Below are positions 44,670-54,732 of a stretch of DNA of 64,000 nucleotides, in pieces. The number at the start of each line of letters is the position of its first letter. Positions within the stretch are counted from its first letter, which is position 1. The position numbers and the translations under genes are program-made. This stretch comes from Candidatus Saccharibacteria bacterium UBA3304. Its GTDB lineage: Bacteria; Patescibacteriota; Saccharimonadia; Saccharimonadales; Saccharimonadaceae. The stretch covers positions 376-64,375 of the forward strand of contig DESW01000014.1 of the NCBI GenBank assembly GCA_002361425.1, read 5' to 3'. The notes beneath the pieces were generated by a model, which was given only the letters and a program-made list of their open reading frames with translations, did not search any database and was not told where the DNA came from.

Positions 44670-44692
44670 TAGAGAAAAAGCATAATCATTTA

Positions 44693-44733
44693 AAATATCT
44701 AGGATAATATTGTATTGTCCTAGATATTTTTGT
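44693..44733 (+). terminator. pnp intrinsic terminator
   Basis: 12-bp stem aaatatctagga / tcctagatattt followed by a T-run. Confidence 0.75.
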
Positions 44734-44775
44734 GATATCATTATGTTAAATATAACTTAAAGGAGAATAGTTATC

Positions 44776-45462
44776 ATGGCAACTCAACCAGTGGTTGATC
44801 CTGTCAAAATGCCTAAAGTACAGGCAGACAACAAAGTAATCGCAACTGTAAATGCTGTCAGCATGACTCTCGCAACCTTCATGGGTTGGATGACCATCTG
44901 GGCAGCAATTGCAAGCTTCACTAAAAAAGGTTGGGGTGTTGGCATTCCATTTGCAGGCCTTCTTCTTGGCGCAAACGCTAGCTACCTCGGCACCATCTTT
45001 GCTTGCGGCCTCTTGACTGTTTTGTTTGCAGTCATTGGTCTTATTACCGCTCGCAAGATCACTGATATCAACGCAATGAAGAGCTCTTGGAAGTGCGTAC
45101 GCAACCTCTTCGTAGTCATCGCTGGCCTCGAAGTTTTCAAGATGATCGGTCTCGCTATCTACGCCCTCATGGGTGTTGGCGAAAAGTCCGGTGTTGAACA
45201 GGGTTATCTCTGGCTCAACGGCTTCCTATCAAACACTCTTGCAGCCGCAGCAGCAGTTGCAATCGTCTTCATCGCTAACGCTATCGCAGCTGGCAAGACT
45301 CAGGTTCTCAGCATCATGCGCTTCATCGCTCTTGGTGTTGCATCCGTTGCTCTTATCATTGCAGTAGTCTCCACCCTCGTTGGCTTCTACAGCAAGAAGA
45401 GCTCCAGTAGCTACAGTGACGCTATGGACAGCGTTAACACTTGGCTCGATCTTCTTAAATAA
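44776..45462 (+). CDS. polytopic membrane protein, unknown function
   Basis: 228 aa with about 6 TMs. AAGGAG SD. Confidence 0.55.
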   Translation: MATQPVVDPVKMPKVQADNKVIATVNAVSMTLATFMGWMTIWAAIASFTKKGWGVGIPFAGLLLGANASYLGTIFACGLLTVLFAVIGLITARKITDINAMKSSWKCVRNLFVVIAGLEVFKMIGLAIYALMGVGEKSGVEQGYLWLNGFLSNTLAAAAAVAIVFIANAIAAGKTQVLSIMRFIALGVASVALIIAVVSTLVGFYSKKSSSSYSDAMDSVNTWLDLLK

Positions 45463-45482
45463 GACAGCTTAAGATAATGAAA

Positions 45483-45510
45483 AGAGAAGCGCATATGCTT
45501 CTCTTTTTTT
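45483..45510 (+). terminator. intrinsic terminator
   Basis: agagaagc-gcatat-gcttctct followed by T7. Confidence 0.8.
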
Positions 45511-45529
45511 ATGCTATAATTTTAGGTAT

Positions 45530-47755
45530 ATGGCACAGAAAAAGCGAGGTAGAAAACGCAAGTCCGCCAAAGAAGAAGTACCGAAGCATGAGCTTCCGGG
45601 TGGTTTTTGGCGTCAGGCACTTGCTATCTTATTCTTAGTATTTGCAGTTACTTTTGTTGCAATGTGGTTTGGCGCTGGTAAGAACGCCGTCTTCTTGCAA
45701 ATGGTAAAAGATTCCTGCGATCAAGTCTTCGGTCTAACTACTTATTTGTTCCCATTTGTCTTGGTGTATATTGCCGTCATGATTTTCCGCGCGCCAAACA
45801 ACCGTCTCGATGCTAGCGTTTGGGTTGCATCCGGCCTGATGGTTTTCTGGTTCTGCGGCCTTCTCGGTGTTGGCAGTTATGGTACGCCAAATAATACCGG
45901 CGGCGTAATCGGTAAAATCATGAATGACTTTGCTGTAAAGAACCTCGGCAGCGGCGTCTCAATCATGGCTTATATTGTTTTGATTCTTATCACAGCGCTC
46001 TTTATGTATGCTGAAACTCCGCTCGCACTTTTCCGCAAGATTGCTTCTATCTTCAAAACAAGCAAAGACGGCGAAGATGCTGAGAATGCACGCGTCATGC
46101 GCAAGATTAAGGAAGAAAAAGCTCCAAAAGAGGATATGTCTGACCTTAAGATTGTCGCTAACGTTGAAACCGTCGACCATAAAAAGAACCGTGATTTGCC
46201 ATTACTAAAGAAGAACGAAATGGCAGAGGTTAAAACTACCGAAGAGCCAATGGCGCTCGTTGCTGTTTCTGATCCAAACTGGAAGATGCCTCCAATGGAC
46301 TTGCTCAACCGCAAGACTACGCCGGCCGACCCAGGCGATACCGAGGCTAACGCTCGCATTATTAAGGAAACGCTTGCACAGTTCGATATCGACGTAACCG
46401 TCGAGGGTGCAAACCTTGGTCCACGTATTACGCAGTATACGCTTCGCCCGCCTGCAGGTATTCGCGTTAACAAGCTTCTTCAGTATGATAAGAACCTCGC
46501 GATGGCGCTCGCTGCCGATAAGATTCGTATTGAGGCCCCAATTCCACGCACTAACATGGTCGGTATTGAAGTTCCGAACATTACGCCAGCTAGCGTCGGT
46601 CTTCACGAGCTTCTTCGTGCAACCGAATGGCGCAAGATGGCCAGTGAAAAGCCACTCGCCTTTACCGTCGGTAAAGATATTGCTGGCCAGGTAGTTGTTG
46701 GCGATCTCGCAAAGATGCCTCACCTTCTCATTGCTGGTACTACCGGTTCCGGTAAGTCCGTCATGACTAACGTTTTGATTAGCTCTTTGCTTTACCATAA
46801 CTCGCCAAGCGATCTTAAGCTTATCATCGTCGATCCAAAGCAGGTTGAAATGGCAGCCTATGAGGACATTCCTCATCTTTTGACGCCAGTTATTAACTCT
46901 ACCGATAAGGCGCTGAGTGCAATGAAGTGGGCAGTTGGCGAAATGGAAAAACGCTATACTCTCATGAGCAAAGAACGCGTTAAGAATATTATCGATTACA
47001 ATACAAAGATGTCTGAGCAGGGCGGCACCGTCATGATTGAAGACGAAGATGGCAATCCTCAGGAACATAATCAGGGCAAGATGCCATATATTGTCGTTAT
47101 CGTTGATGAGATGGCTGACCTTATGATGACTGCCGGCAAGGAGCTCGAAATGCTCATCGTCCGTATCGCGCAGAAAGGTCGTGCTGCAGGTATCCACCTT
47201 GTTCTTGCAACTCAGCGTCCAGAAGTTAAGGTCGTTACTGGTTTGATTAAAGCGAACATTCCGGGCCGTATCGCCTTCGCCGTAAATAACGGCGTCGACT
47301 CTCGCGTTATGCTTGATGCGATGGGCGCAGAAAAGCTTCTTGGCTCTGGCGATATGTTATTCCTCACTACCGAAATGATGGGCAAGCCTCGTCGTGTTCA
47401 GGGTGCCTTTGTTAGCGATAAAGAAATTGGTAAGATTACCGACTTCTTGCGTCAGCAGGCTCCACCACAGTATAACGACGAAGTTATCTCTCAGCAGGTT
47501 TCCGTTCCTGGTATGCCAGGTGCTGGCGGCAGCATGGGTGGCGGCGGTGGCGACGTTGAACGCCAAGCAGCCGAGATTGCAATCCGCGCCGGCAAACTTT
47601 CTACTTCGCTTTTGCAACGTCAGCTTCATATTGGCTATGGCCGTGCTGCATCGATCATCGATGAGCTTGAGGCGAAAGGTGTAGTCGGTCCATCGACTGG
47701 CGGCAATAAGCCACGCGATGTCTTAATCACGTCTATCGATGAATATCCTGGATAG
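45530..47755 (+). CDS. ftsK: DNA translocase FtsK
   Basis: N-terminal TMs, a linker, motor domain with Walker A AGTTGSGKS and VVIVDEMADL, and a gamma winged helix (LLQRQLHIGYGRAASIIDELE). Confidence 0.92.
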   Translation: MAQKKRGRKRKSAKEEVPKHELPGGFWRQALAILFLVFAVTFVAMWFGAGKNAVFLQMVKDSCDQVFGLTTYLFPFVLVYIAVMIFRAPNNRLDASVWVASGLMVFWFCGLLGVGSYGTPNNTGGVIGKIMNDFAVKNLGSGVSIMAYIVLILITALFMYAETPLALFRKIASIFKTSKDGEDAENARVMRKIKEEKAPKEDMSDLKIVANVETVDHKKNRDLPLLKKNEMAEVKTTEEPMALVAVSDPNWKMPPMDLLNRKTTPADPGDTEANARIIKETLAQFDIDVTVEGANLGPRITQYTLRPPAGIRVNKLLQYDKNLAMALAADKIRIEAPIPRTNMVGIEVPNITPASVGLHELLRATEWRKMASEKPLAFTVGKDIAGQVVVGDLAKMPHLLIAGTTGSGKSVMTNVLISSLLYHNSPSDLKLIIVDPKQVEMAAYEDIPHLLTPVINSTDKALSAMKWAVGEMEKRYTLMSKERVKNIIDYNTKMSEQGGTVMIEDEDGNPQEHNQGKMPYIVVIVDEMADLMMTAGKELEMLIVRIAQKGRAAGIHLVLATQRPEVKVVTGLIKANIPGRIAFAVNNGVDSRVMLDAMGAEKLLGSGDMLFLTTEMMGKPRRVQGAFVSDKEIGKITDFLRQQAPPQYNDEVISQQVSVPGMPGAGGSMGGGGGDVERQAAEIAIRAGKLSTSLLQRQLHIGYGRAASIIDELEAKGVVGPSTGGNKPRDVLITSIDEYPG

Positions 47756-47772
47756 TATGCTATACTATCAAT

Positions 47773-49005
47773 ATGAAATTAAGTCAAACATTCGCAAAAA
47801 CTACCAAGACAGCTCCTGGCGATGAGGCCAGCGAGAGCGCAAAACTTTTGATTCGTGCTGGTTATATCTACAAAGAGATGGCTGGCGTTTATGATTATTT
47901 GCCCTTGGGTATGCGAACGCTTGATAAGATTATGCAGGTTATTCGCGAGGAAATGGATGCTATTGGCGGCCAAGAACTCAAGATGACTGCCTTGCAGCCA
48001 CGCGATGCTTGGGAAGCTAGTGGCCGTTGGAGCGACGACGTTATGGATGTTTGGTTTAAGACTAAACTTAACGCCGGCGGCGAAGTTGGTCTCGGTTGTA
48101 CTCACGAAGAGCCACTTACTCGTCTTATGAAGTCCTATATTTCTAGCTATAAAGATTTGCCGGTCTACGCATATCAGTTCCAGACTAAGTTCCGCAATGA
48201 GCTTCGTGCTAAATCCGGTATTATGCGTACCCGCGAATTTATGATGAAAGATCTTTACAGCTTTTCTCGCGACCGCGCTCAGCATGAAGAGTTCTATGAG
48301 AAATGCGCAGAGAGCTACAAGAAAATCTTTAACCGCCTCGGCATCGGCAACGATACTTTCCGTACCTTCGCAAGCGGCGGCGCCTTCAGTAAGTATTCTG
48401 ACGAATTCCAGACTTTGACGGAAGTTGGTGAAGATATCATCTATCTTGATCGCGAAAAGGGCATTGCAGTTAATGAAGAGGTCTATAACGACGAAGTACT
48501 TGCTGATCTCGGCCTTGATAAGTCTAAGCTCGAGCAGTGCAAAGCAGCAGAAGTTGGCAATATCTTTACGCTCGGCTATCGCTTCAGTGACGCGCTCGAC
48601 CTTACCTTTAATGACGAAGACGGCAAACGCCAGAAAGTCTTTATGGGTAGCTACGGTATCGGTCCTAGCCGCGTCATGGGCGTAATCGCAGAGAAACTTA
48701 GCGATGATAAAGGTCTCGTTTGGCCAGAAGAAATCGCTCCATATCAGTACTATGTCGTCGCCATTGGCGACAAAGCAATGGAAATTGCAGAAGATCTGCA
48801 CAAGAAAGCACCTGAACAAATTATCTTCGACGATCGCAAGAATGCGCGCAACGGCGAGAAATTTGCTGACGCTGACTTGCTTGGTATTCCATATCGCATC
48901 GTAATTAGCGATAAAACTCTTGCAGAGGACAAGGTTGAAATTAAAAAACGTACCGAATCTGAAACAAAACTCTTGCCATTAGCAGATTTTATTGCTAAAC
49001 TATAG
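47773..49005 (+). CDS. proS: proline-tRNA ligase, compact form lacking the INS editing domain
   Basis: Bacterial-type N-terminus MKLSQTFAKTTK...LIRAGYI...YLPLGMRTLDKI, class II motifs, and a C-terminal anticodon-binding domain. Only 410 aa. Confidence 0.8.
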   Translation: MKLSQTFAKTTKTAPGDEASESAKLLIRAGYIYKEMAGVYDYLPLGMRTLDKIMQVIREEMDAIGGQELKMTALQPRDAWEASGRWSDDVMDVWFKTKLNAGGEVGLGCTHEEPLTRLMKSYISSYKDLPVYAYQFQTKFRNELRAKSGIMRTREFMMKDLYSFSRDRAQHEEFYEKCAESYKKIFNRLGIGNDTFRTFASGGAFSKYSDEFQTLTEVGEDIIYLDREKGIAVNEEVYNDEVLADLGLDKSKLEQCKAAEVGNIFTLGYRFSDALDLTFNDEDGKRQKVFMGSYGIGPSRVMGVIAEKLSDDKGLVWPEEIAPYQYYVVAIGDKAMEIAEDLHKKAPEQIIFDDRKNARNGEKFADADLLGIPYRIVISDKTLAEDKVEIKKRTESETKLLPLADFIAKL

Positions 49006-49060
49006 CGGAAGTAACAGTAAATTTTCCTATTTTTCTGGGGTACAGGAGGAAACAAACATT

Positions 49061-49507
49061 ATGGCTAACGTAGTTAATATTACCGCTGCCGGTCGTAAAG
49101 ATCTTGAGAAAGAGCTCGAAGAGCTTAAGGCTCGCCGTCCTGAATTGGCGGAAAAAATCGCTACCGCCCGTTCTTATGGTGATCTTAGTGAAAACGAAGA
49201 TTATTCCGCAGCTCGTGGCGAACAGAAAGTCGTCGAAGGCCGTATTCTTGAAATCGAAGATATCCTCCTTCATGCAAAGATTATTAAAGCTGGCAAAAAG
49301 GAAAAAGTTGCTATGGGTTCGACCGTTACGCTCGAATCTGACGGCAAGAAAAACACTTATACGCTCGTTGGTGCCGTCGAGGCAAACCCACTCGAAGGTA
49401 AAATCAGCAATGAGTCTCCAATTGGCGTAGCAATATTTGGTAAAAAAGTTGGTGAGGAAGTTAAGCTTCCAAACGGAAAGACATTCAAAGTCACCGATAT
49501 TCAGTAA
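49061..49507 (+). CDS. greA: transcription elongation factor GreA
   Basis: 148 aa. ...YGDLSENEDYSAARGEQ... acidic-tip motif. AGGAGGA SD. The track start 48992 is an upstream extension. Confidence 0.9.
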   Translation: MANVVNITAAGRKDLEKELEELKARRPELAEKIATARSYGDLSENEDYSAARGEQKVVEGRILEIEDILLHAKIIKAGKKEKVAMGSTVTLESDGKKNTYTLVGAVEANPLEGKISNESPIGVAIFGKKVGEEVKLPNGKTFKVTDIQ

Positions 49508-49532
49508 GCAACTCACTAAAGTTAATTAACAG

Positions 49533-49562
49533 AATACGCTAACAAAAAATTAGCGTATTTTT
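49533..49562 (+). terminator. greA intrinsic terminator
   Basis: aatacgcta ... tagcgtatt followed by a T-run. Confidence 0.75.
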
Positions 49563-49594
49563 GTGTCAAAAAATCAAAAGAGAGGTGAAAATCT

Positions 49595-51391
49595 ATGACA
49601 ACAAGATCGAAAGAGGATCGTAGACGCGTTTCGCGTCGTACGCTTCACTACTTTTGGGAAGCTTCGAAGAAATACAAGCTTCTCGCAATTGGTACCTTAC
49701 TATCCACGCCTATTGTCGTTGTTGTTCGTACTGCAATTATTCCGCTCGTTTTCGCAAACATGATTGATAAAATTTCGAGTGGGATTCCGAATGACCAGAT
49801 TATTCCGACGCTTTTGCCTAGCGCAATCATGTTGATTGTTTGCCATATTATTGGCTCAATTATTCTTGGTTGGCTCCGCATTCGTTGGCTCTGGATCTTC
49901 GAATTGAAAGTTATGTATGAACTCGCGACAAGAAGCTTCAATACGGTTAGTGCGCAGTCGATGCAGTTCCACAGCGACCGTTTTTCTGGTTCACTCGTGT
50001 CGCAGACTAACAAGTTTATCGGAGCATTCGAAAGATTCTTCGATCTTTTAACCTTCGATATTCTTTACTTACTAATCATGATCGTTTCGACGACTTGCGT
50101 TCTTCTTACGCGCGCTCCGCTATTCGCACTTGGGCTACTTATCTTCATTGTCCTCTATGTGCTTTGCGCGGCAGTAACCTTTAAGAAAATCTCGCATTTG
50201 AGTCGTGAATGGGCAGAGGCCGACAACAAACAGACTGGCCAGCTCGCCGATTCAATTTCGAACATTCTTTCGGTTAAGTCTTATGGTCGTGAGGCGCATG
50301 AGCGTCATCGTTATGCAAACTTCACGCGCGCAACGATGAATGCGGGCTTTGCGCAGATGCGCGGTCAAATGAAGCGCGATATGGGCTTCAACATTGTGAA
50401 CACCGGCATTATCGCAATCATTACGCTATTCTTGATTATCGGTCAGCCAGTCTTCGGTCTTGCGATTTCTACGCTCATTCTCATCGTTAACTACTCGATG
50501 CAGATTATGGGCGAGCTCTGGAACGTGAATAATATCTTCAAGGGCATAAACCGCGTCTTTGGCGATGCTTATGAAATGACTGAAATTCTCGATATGGAAG
50601 ATGCTGTCGTTGACATTCCTGGCGCTAAGCCACTCGAGGTAAAACGCGGCGCAATCAGCTACGAGAATGTCGAATTCAAGCATCATGATGCAAAAGAAGC
50701 GATCTTTACCGATTTCAACTTGGATATTAAACCAGGTGAGCGCATTGGTTTGGTCGGTATTTCCGGCTCCGGCAAGACTACTCTGACAAAACTGTTACTT
50801 CGCTTCGCTGACGTAGACAACGGGCAAATCACAATTGATGGCCAGAACATTAAGAACGTTCAGCAAGTATCGCTCAGAGAAAGCATTGCCTATGTGCCAC
50901 AGGAAACATCACTCTTCCATCGTTCAATCGCAGAAAACATTGCCTATGCGAAACCTGATGCAACGCAGAAAGAAATTGAACGCGCTGCTAAGCTTGCAAA
51001 CGCGCATGACTTCATTAAAGATTTGCCAGACGGCTATGAAACGCTCGTTGGTGAGCGCGGCATCAAACTTTCTGGCGGTCAGCGTCAGCGCATTGCGATT
51101 GCACGCGCAATTCTGAAAGACGCTCCAATTCTCGTGCTTGATGAGGCGACTTCCGCACTCGATTCCGAGTCCGAAGCGCTCATTCAGGATGCTCTCGTAA
51201 AGCTCATGAAGGGCCGCACTAGTATCGTAGTTGCACATCGTCTTTCGACGATTGCAAGCCTTGACCGTATTATCGTCCTCGATAATGGCAAAATCGTTGA
51301 GCAGGGTACTCACGCACAGCTATTGAAGAACGGCGGCGAATACAACAAACTTTGGTCGCGTCAGTCAGGGGCCTTCCTTGATGGCGACTAA
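49595..51391 (+). CDS. ABC exporter, fused permease/ATPase (MsbA/MdlB-like)
   Basis: 598 aa with 6 TMs, then Walker A GISGSGKTT, LSGGQRQR and ILVLDEATSALD. Confidence 0.88.
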   Translation: MTTRSKEDRRRVSRRTLHYFWEASKKYKLLAIGTLLSTPIVVVVRTAIIPLVFANMIDKISSGIPNDQIIPTLLPSAIMLIVCHIIGSIILGWLRIRWLWIFELKVMYELATRSFNTVSAQSMQFHSDRFSGSLVSQTNKFIGAFERFFDLLTFDILYLLIMIVSTTCVLLTRAPLFALGLLIFIVLYVLCAAVTFKKISHLSREWAEADNKQTGQLADSISNILSVKSYGREAHERHRYANFTRATMNAGFAQMRGQMKRDMGFNIVNTGIIAIITLFLIIGQPVFGLAISTLILIVNYSMQIMGELWNVNNIFKGINRVFGDAYEMTEILDMEDAVVDIPGAKPLEVKRGAISYENVEFKHHDAKEAIFTDFNLDIKPGERIGLVGISGSGKTTLTKLLLRFADVDNGQITIDGQNIKNVQQVSLRESIAYVPQETSLFHRSIAENIAYAKPDATQKEIERAAKLANAHDFIKDLPDGYETLVGERGIKLSGGQRQRIAIARAILKDAPILVLDEATSALDSESEALIQDALVKLMKGRTSIVVAHRLSTIASLDRIIVLDNGKIVEQGTHAQLLKNGGEYNKLWSRQSGAFLDGD

Positions 51392-51395
51392 GCAT

Positions 51396-51425
51396 AAACA
51401 GCGGGCTCGAATGTCCGCTGTTTTT
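51396..51425 (+). terminator. ABC exporter intrinsic terminator
   Basis: aaacagcgg ... ccgctgttt followed by a T-run. Confidence 0.75.
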
Positions 51426-51442
51426 ATGGTATAATATCAGAT

Positions 51443-52876
51443 ATGGCAACTCTAAAAGATTTCCGCGATGAAAGAATTCGCAAACTAAATGAATTAAAAG
51501 AAGCTGGTATTGATCCATATCCAGCACACTCTAATCGCGACACCAAGATTGGTGATATTTTGGAGCATTTTGATTCTTATAACGAAAAGGATGTTTGTGT
51601 TGCTGGTCGCATCGCAAGCATTCGTAGCTTTGGTAAACTTGCTTTCGTCGTTATCGAAGACGATTCTGGCAGGATTCAGATTTTCTTGAAGGATGACGCT
51701 GCTAAATTTACAAAGAAGCTCGATACTGGTGATTTTCTCGAAGCTGCCGGCAAAGTTGGTCAGACTAAGACCGGCGAAATCTCCGTTTTCTGCGACATGC
51801 CACGCATTCTTACGAAGGCTTTGCGCCCACTTCCAGGCCGTGATGGCTTCACTAATAAGGAAGAGCGTCTCCGCCGCCGTTATGTCGATATGGCTGTTAA
51901 TCCAGAAGTTCGCGAGCGTTTTATTCGCCGCGCAAAATTCTGGACTGCAACTCGTCAGTTCTTGAACGACCACGGCTTTGTTGAGATAAATATTCCAGTT
52001 CTCGAAACTACGACCGGTGGTGCAGATGCAAACCCATTTGTTACTCACATGGATGCACTTGATCAGGATTTCTATCTCCGCATTTCTCACGAGCTTCCAC
52101 TAAAACGTTTGATTGGTGGTGGCTACGAGAAAGTTTACGATATTGGTCCACGTTTTCGTAACGAAGGTATGGATGAAGAACATCTTCCAGAACATATCGC
52201 AATGGAGTCCTACGCTGCTTACCAGGATTACGAAGAGGGCATGGATCTCTATGAAGAAATGATTAAATATGTCTGCAAAGAAACTTGGGGTACGCTCCAG
52301 TTCGAGCATGACGGCATGAAGGTTGATCTCGACTGTAAATGGCCACGCATCAGCTATGCGGATATTCTTCGCGAGAAATTCGATGTTGATGTGTTCAATC
52401 CTGATCTTGACCAGGTCAAAGCAATCCTTCGCAAGAATGGCGTAAAATATGACGATTCTATGGGTGCTGGTCGCTTGCTCGATTATCTTTGGAAGATTAT
52501 TCGCAAGGAAAGCGCTGGCCCATTCTGGCTTATTCATGAACCAGTTGAGCTGTCTCCACTTGCTAAGAAGCATGAAGCTGACCCACGCGTCACCGAGCGC
52601 TTTCATCCAGTCATTTTCGGCACTGAGATGGGCAATGGCTATTCCGAGTTAAACGATCCACTCGACCAGCTCGAACGCTTCGAGAAGCAGCAGGCTATGC
52701 GCGACGCTGGCGATGCTGAAGCTCAGATGCTCGATATGGACTTCGTCGAAATGCTTGAATACGGTATGCCTCCAACTTGTGGTTGGGGTAACTCCGAGCG
52801 CAACTTCTGGCTCTTCGAAGGTGTTTCTGCCCGCGAAGGTGTTCCATTCCCGCCAATGCGCCGCGATGATAATTAA
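51443..52876 (+). CDS. lysS: lysine-tRNA ligase (class II)
   Basis: OB-fold N-domain, class II motifs (FRNEG, GGYEKVYDIGP, and GWGNSERNFWLF in the position of the GxGxGxDR-type motif 3). Confidence 0.9.
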   Translation: MATLKDFRDERIRKLNELKEAGIDPYPAHSNRDTKIGDILEHFDSYNEKDVCVAGRIASIRSFGKLAFVVIEDDSGRIQIFLKDDAAKFTKKLDTGDFLEAAGKVGQTKTGEISVFCDMPRILTKALRPLPGRDGFTNKEERLRRRYVDMAVNPEVRERFIRRAKFWTATRQFLNDHGFVEINIPVLETTTGGADANPFVTHMDALDQDFYLRISHELPLKRLIGGGYEKVYDIGPRFRNEGMDEEHLPEHIAMESYAAYQDYEEGMDLYEEMIKYVCKETWGTLQFEHDGMKVDLDCKWPRISYADILREKFDVDVFNPDLDQVKAILRKNGVKYDDSMGAGRLLDYLWKIIRKESAGPFWLIHEPVELSPLAKKHEADPRVTERFHPVIFGTEMGNGYSELNDPLDQLERFEKQQAMRDAGDAEAQMLDMDFVEMLEYGMPPTCGWGNSERNFWLFEGVSAREGVPFPPMRRDDN

Positions 52877-54575
52877 TGAGGTTCAAGAACAAGTGATTAG
52901 TAAAATACGCAACATTTTTGGAACGATATATAAACATGAAAAACTCTTCGTTCCGCTTGCGATTTTGCTATTTACGATAATTCTATCCATACCGCTACTT
53001 AGAACCGGCTATAGTGTCGGGCACGATTCAGAATATCATATCGTGTCTATCATTGGCTTGTCTGACTCTACTGACGGCAAGATTCTTACTGGCATGCAGG
53101 GTAACCTTGGTTTTGGCGAGGGCATTTTCTATCCGCAGCTTAGCCACTATATTGGCGTATTTTTCTATAGAATTATCGGTCCGTTAGGCTTTTCTGCGCT
53201 ATTAGCGGCGAAGATTGCGAATATCTTCATGCTGTTCTGCTCTGGTCTAGCGATGTATATATTTTTGCGCGCTATTCTAGGCGAGAAGGCCAAGTGGCGC
53301 AATATGCTTGCGACCTATCTATATATGGGTGCAACTTACCATATATCATGTATTCTGATTCGCGATGCGATGGCTGAGACCGCGCTTTATATTTTCATTC
53401 CAATAGTTGCTCTCAGTATCTTCTATCTCGTGAAGAGCAATTATAAGAAGTTTCTTCTCGCATTCGTAATTGGCGTTGTCGGCTGTATGAATTCTCACCT
53501 AGTGCTCACTGTTTGGCTAGCAATGCTTTGTTTCGTATTTGCAATCTACAAGCGCAAAGAAATTTTTACCAAGAAGAATGTTTTATATGTCTTGCTCGGC
53601 AGCGCAATAGTATTGTTAATTACGCTTTCGTTCTGGGGGTACATGCTGATTTGTAAGGGCGCCTGCGACTATTACGTATTTAGCGACAAGATGGTCACGA
53701 ATGGTTTTGGTCGCGCACATGTAGAGCTGAAGTTCCTACTGCAACCGATGGATAGTATTAGTAGCATTCGCTTCTGCTTGGATATTGTAGCTTTAGTTTT
53801 CTGTACTTATATGGCATTCTTTACGAAGAAAATTAATGAAAAATATCGCGGCATTGTTAGATTTAACTTGATTTTAATTGCAGCTCTAATGGTATTAGTT
53901 TGCGGTATAATACCGATTCAGGTTTGGCCGAGACTATTTAGTACGATTCAGTTTGCTTGGAGACTGGTAACCTTCATGGTGTTCTTGTTGGCATTTTCGT
54001 TAGCGATTTGTCTGTCCTACGTACCGAAGAATCATGTTCCGGTGCTAAGTGCAGTCATTATTGCTTCTGTTCTCGTGAATGCCTTTTCAGTAAACGGATA
54101 TGTAAAACTTGTCGACACCGTCAATCAGCTAAATCGTACAAACCCGGACTATTTGCCAATGGCTATGCTTAACGATTATCGTGAAGGCAGAGGTTACGTT
54201 GTTGATACGGAGCGCATTGTTTTGAAGCCAGAATTCGGAAAAGCTGAAATTAGAAATATGGTTGATAATGCTGCGAACTTAGACTTCGATATAGAGACAG
54301 AATCTAAGACCAAGGTCTCATTGCCGCGTACATACTATTGGGGCTATGAAGCGACTATAGAATATGCAAGCGGGGAAGTTGAAACGGTTGACGCGAAGTG
54401 TGATGAGCATGGTTATGTGATGCTTAAAATTAATGGAACGGCCCACGTCAAGCTGCGCTATACTGGCAGGGCAGTGTTGCCGCTCATGCGCATTATTAGC
54501 GTCGTGTCAGTAACCAGTTTCGCCGGTACTTATGTCGTGATGTATCTTTGCGATCGAAAAAAGAGCCAAAAATAA
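52866..54575 (+). CDS. large polytopic membrane protein (GT-C-type glycosyl/arabinosyl-transferase-like candidate)
   Basis: About 569 aa and more than 10 TMs, followed by a soluble C-terminal domain. The first loop has the GHDSEYH motif. Start uncertain (ATG 52866 overlapping the lysS end, or GTG 52893 with a GAGG SD); the track start 52713 is inside lysS. Confidence 0.5.
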   Translation: MIINEVQEQVISKIRNIFGTIYKHEKLFVPLAILLFTIILSIPLLRTGYSVGHDSEYHIVSIIGLSDSTDGKILTGMQGNLGFGEGIFYPQLSHYIGVFFYRIIGPLGFSALLAAKIANIFMLFCSGLAMYIFLRAILGEKAKWRNMLATYLYMGATYHISCILIRDAMAETALYIFIPIVALSIFYLVKSNYKKFLLAFVIGVVGCMNSHLVLTVWLAMLCFVFAIYKRKEIFTKKNVLYVLLGSAIVLLITLSFWGYMLICKGACDYYVFSDKMVTNGFGRAHVELKFLLQPMDSISSIRFCLDIVALVFCTYMAFFTKKINEKYRGIVRFNLILIAALMVLVCGIIPIQVWPRLFSTIQFAWRLVTFMVFLLAFSLAICLSYVPKNHVPVLSAVIIASVLVNAFSVNGYVKLVDTVNQLNRTNPDYLPMAMLNDYREGRGYVVDTERIVLKPEFGKAEIRNMVDNAANLDFDIETESKTKVSLPRTYYWGYEATIEYASGEVETVDAKCDEHGYVMLKINGTAHVKLRYTGRAVLPLMRIISVVSVTSFAGTYVVMYLCDRKKSQK

Positions 54576-54732
54576 AATACTTATGCTTCCATGCTCGCCT
54601 ACTGGGTGCTAAATTAGGCGCATGAATTATATAAAAACTACTATTAATCATCCTTTTCTAGAAATCCTTGAATGCTGCGGCGAGAATACTGAAGTAAATC
54701 AGCCTGTAAAATGACTCTGGTATCAGGGTGAG

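Noticed and set aside
54712-54714. The in-frame TGA in dprA as evidence for an alternative genetic code (UGA = Gly or Trp, as in SR1/Gracilibacteria or Mollicutes).
   Set aside because: Standard-code translation yields uninterrupted 700-900 aa housekeeping proteins throughout the window. Several genes terminate at TGA in stop/start ATGA overlaps (zur, vWA, the DUF2625-like gene). A single internal TGA is better explained locally.
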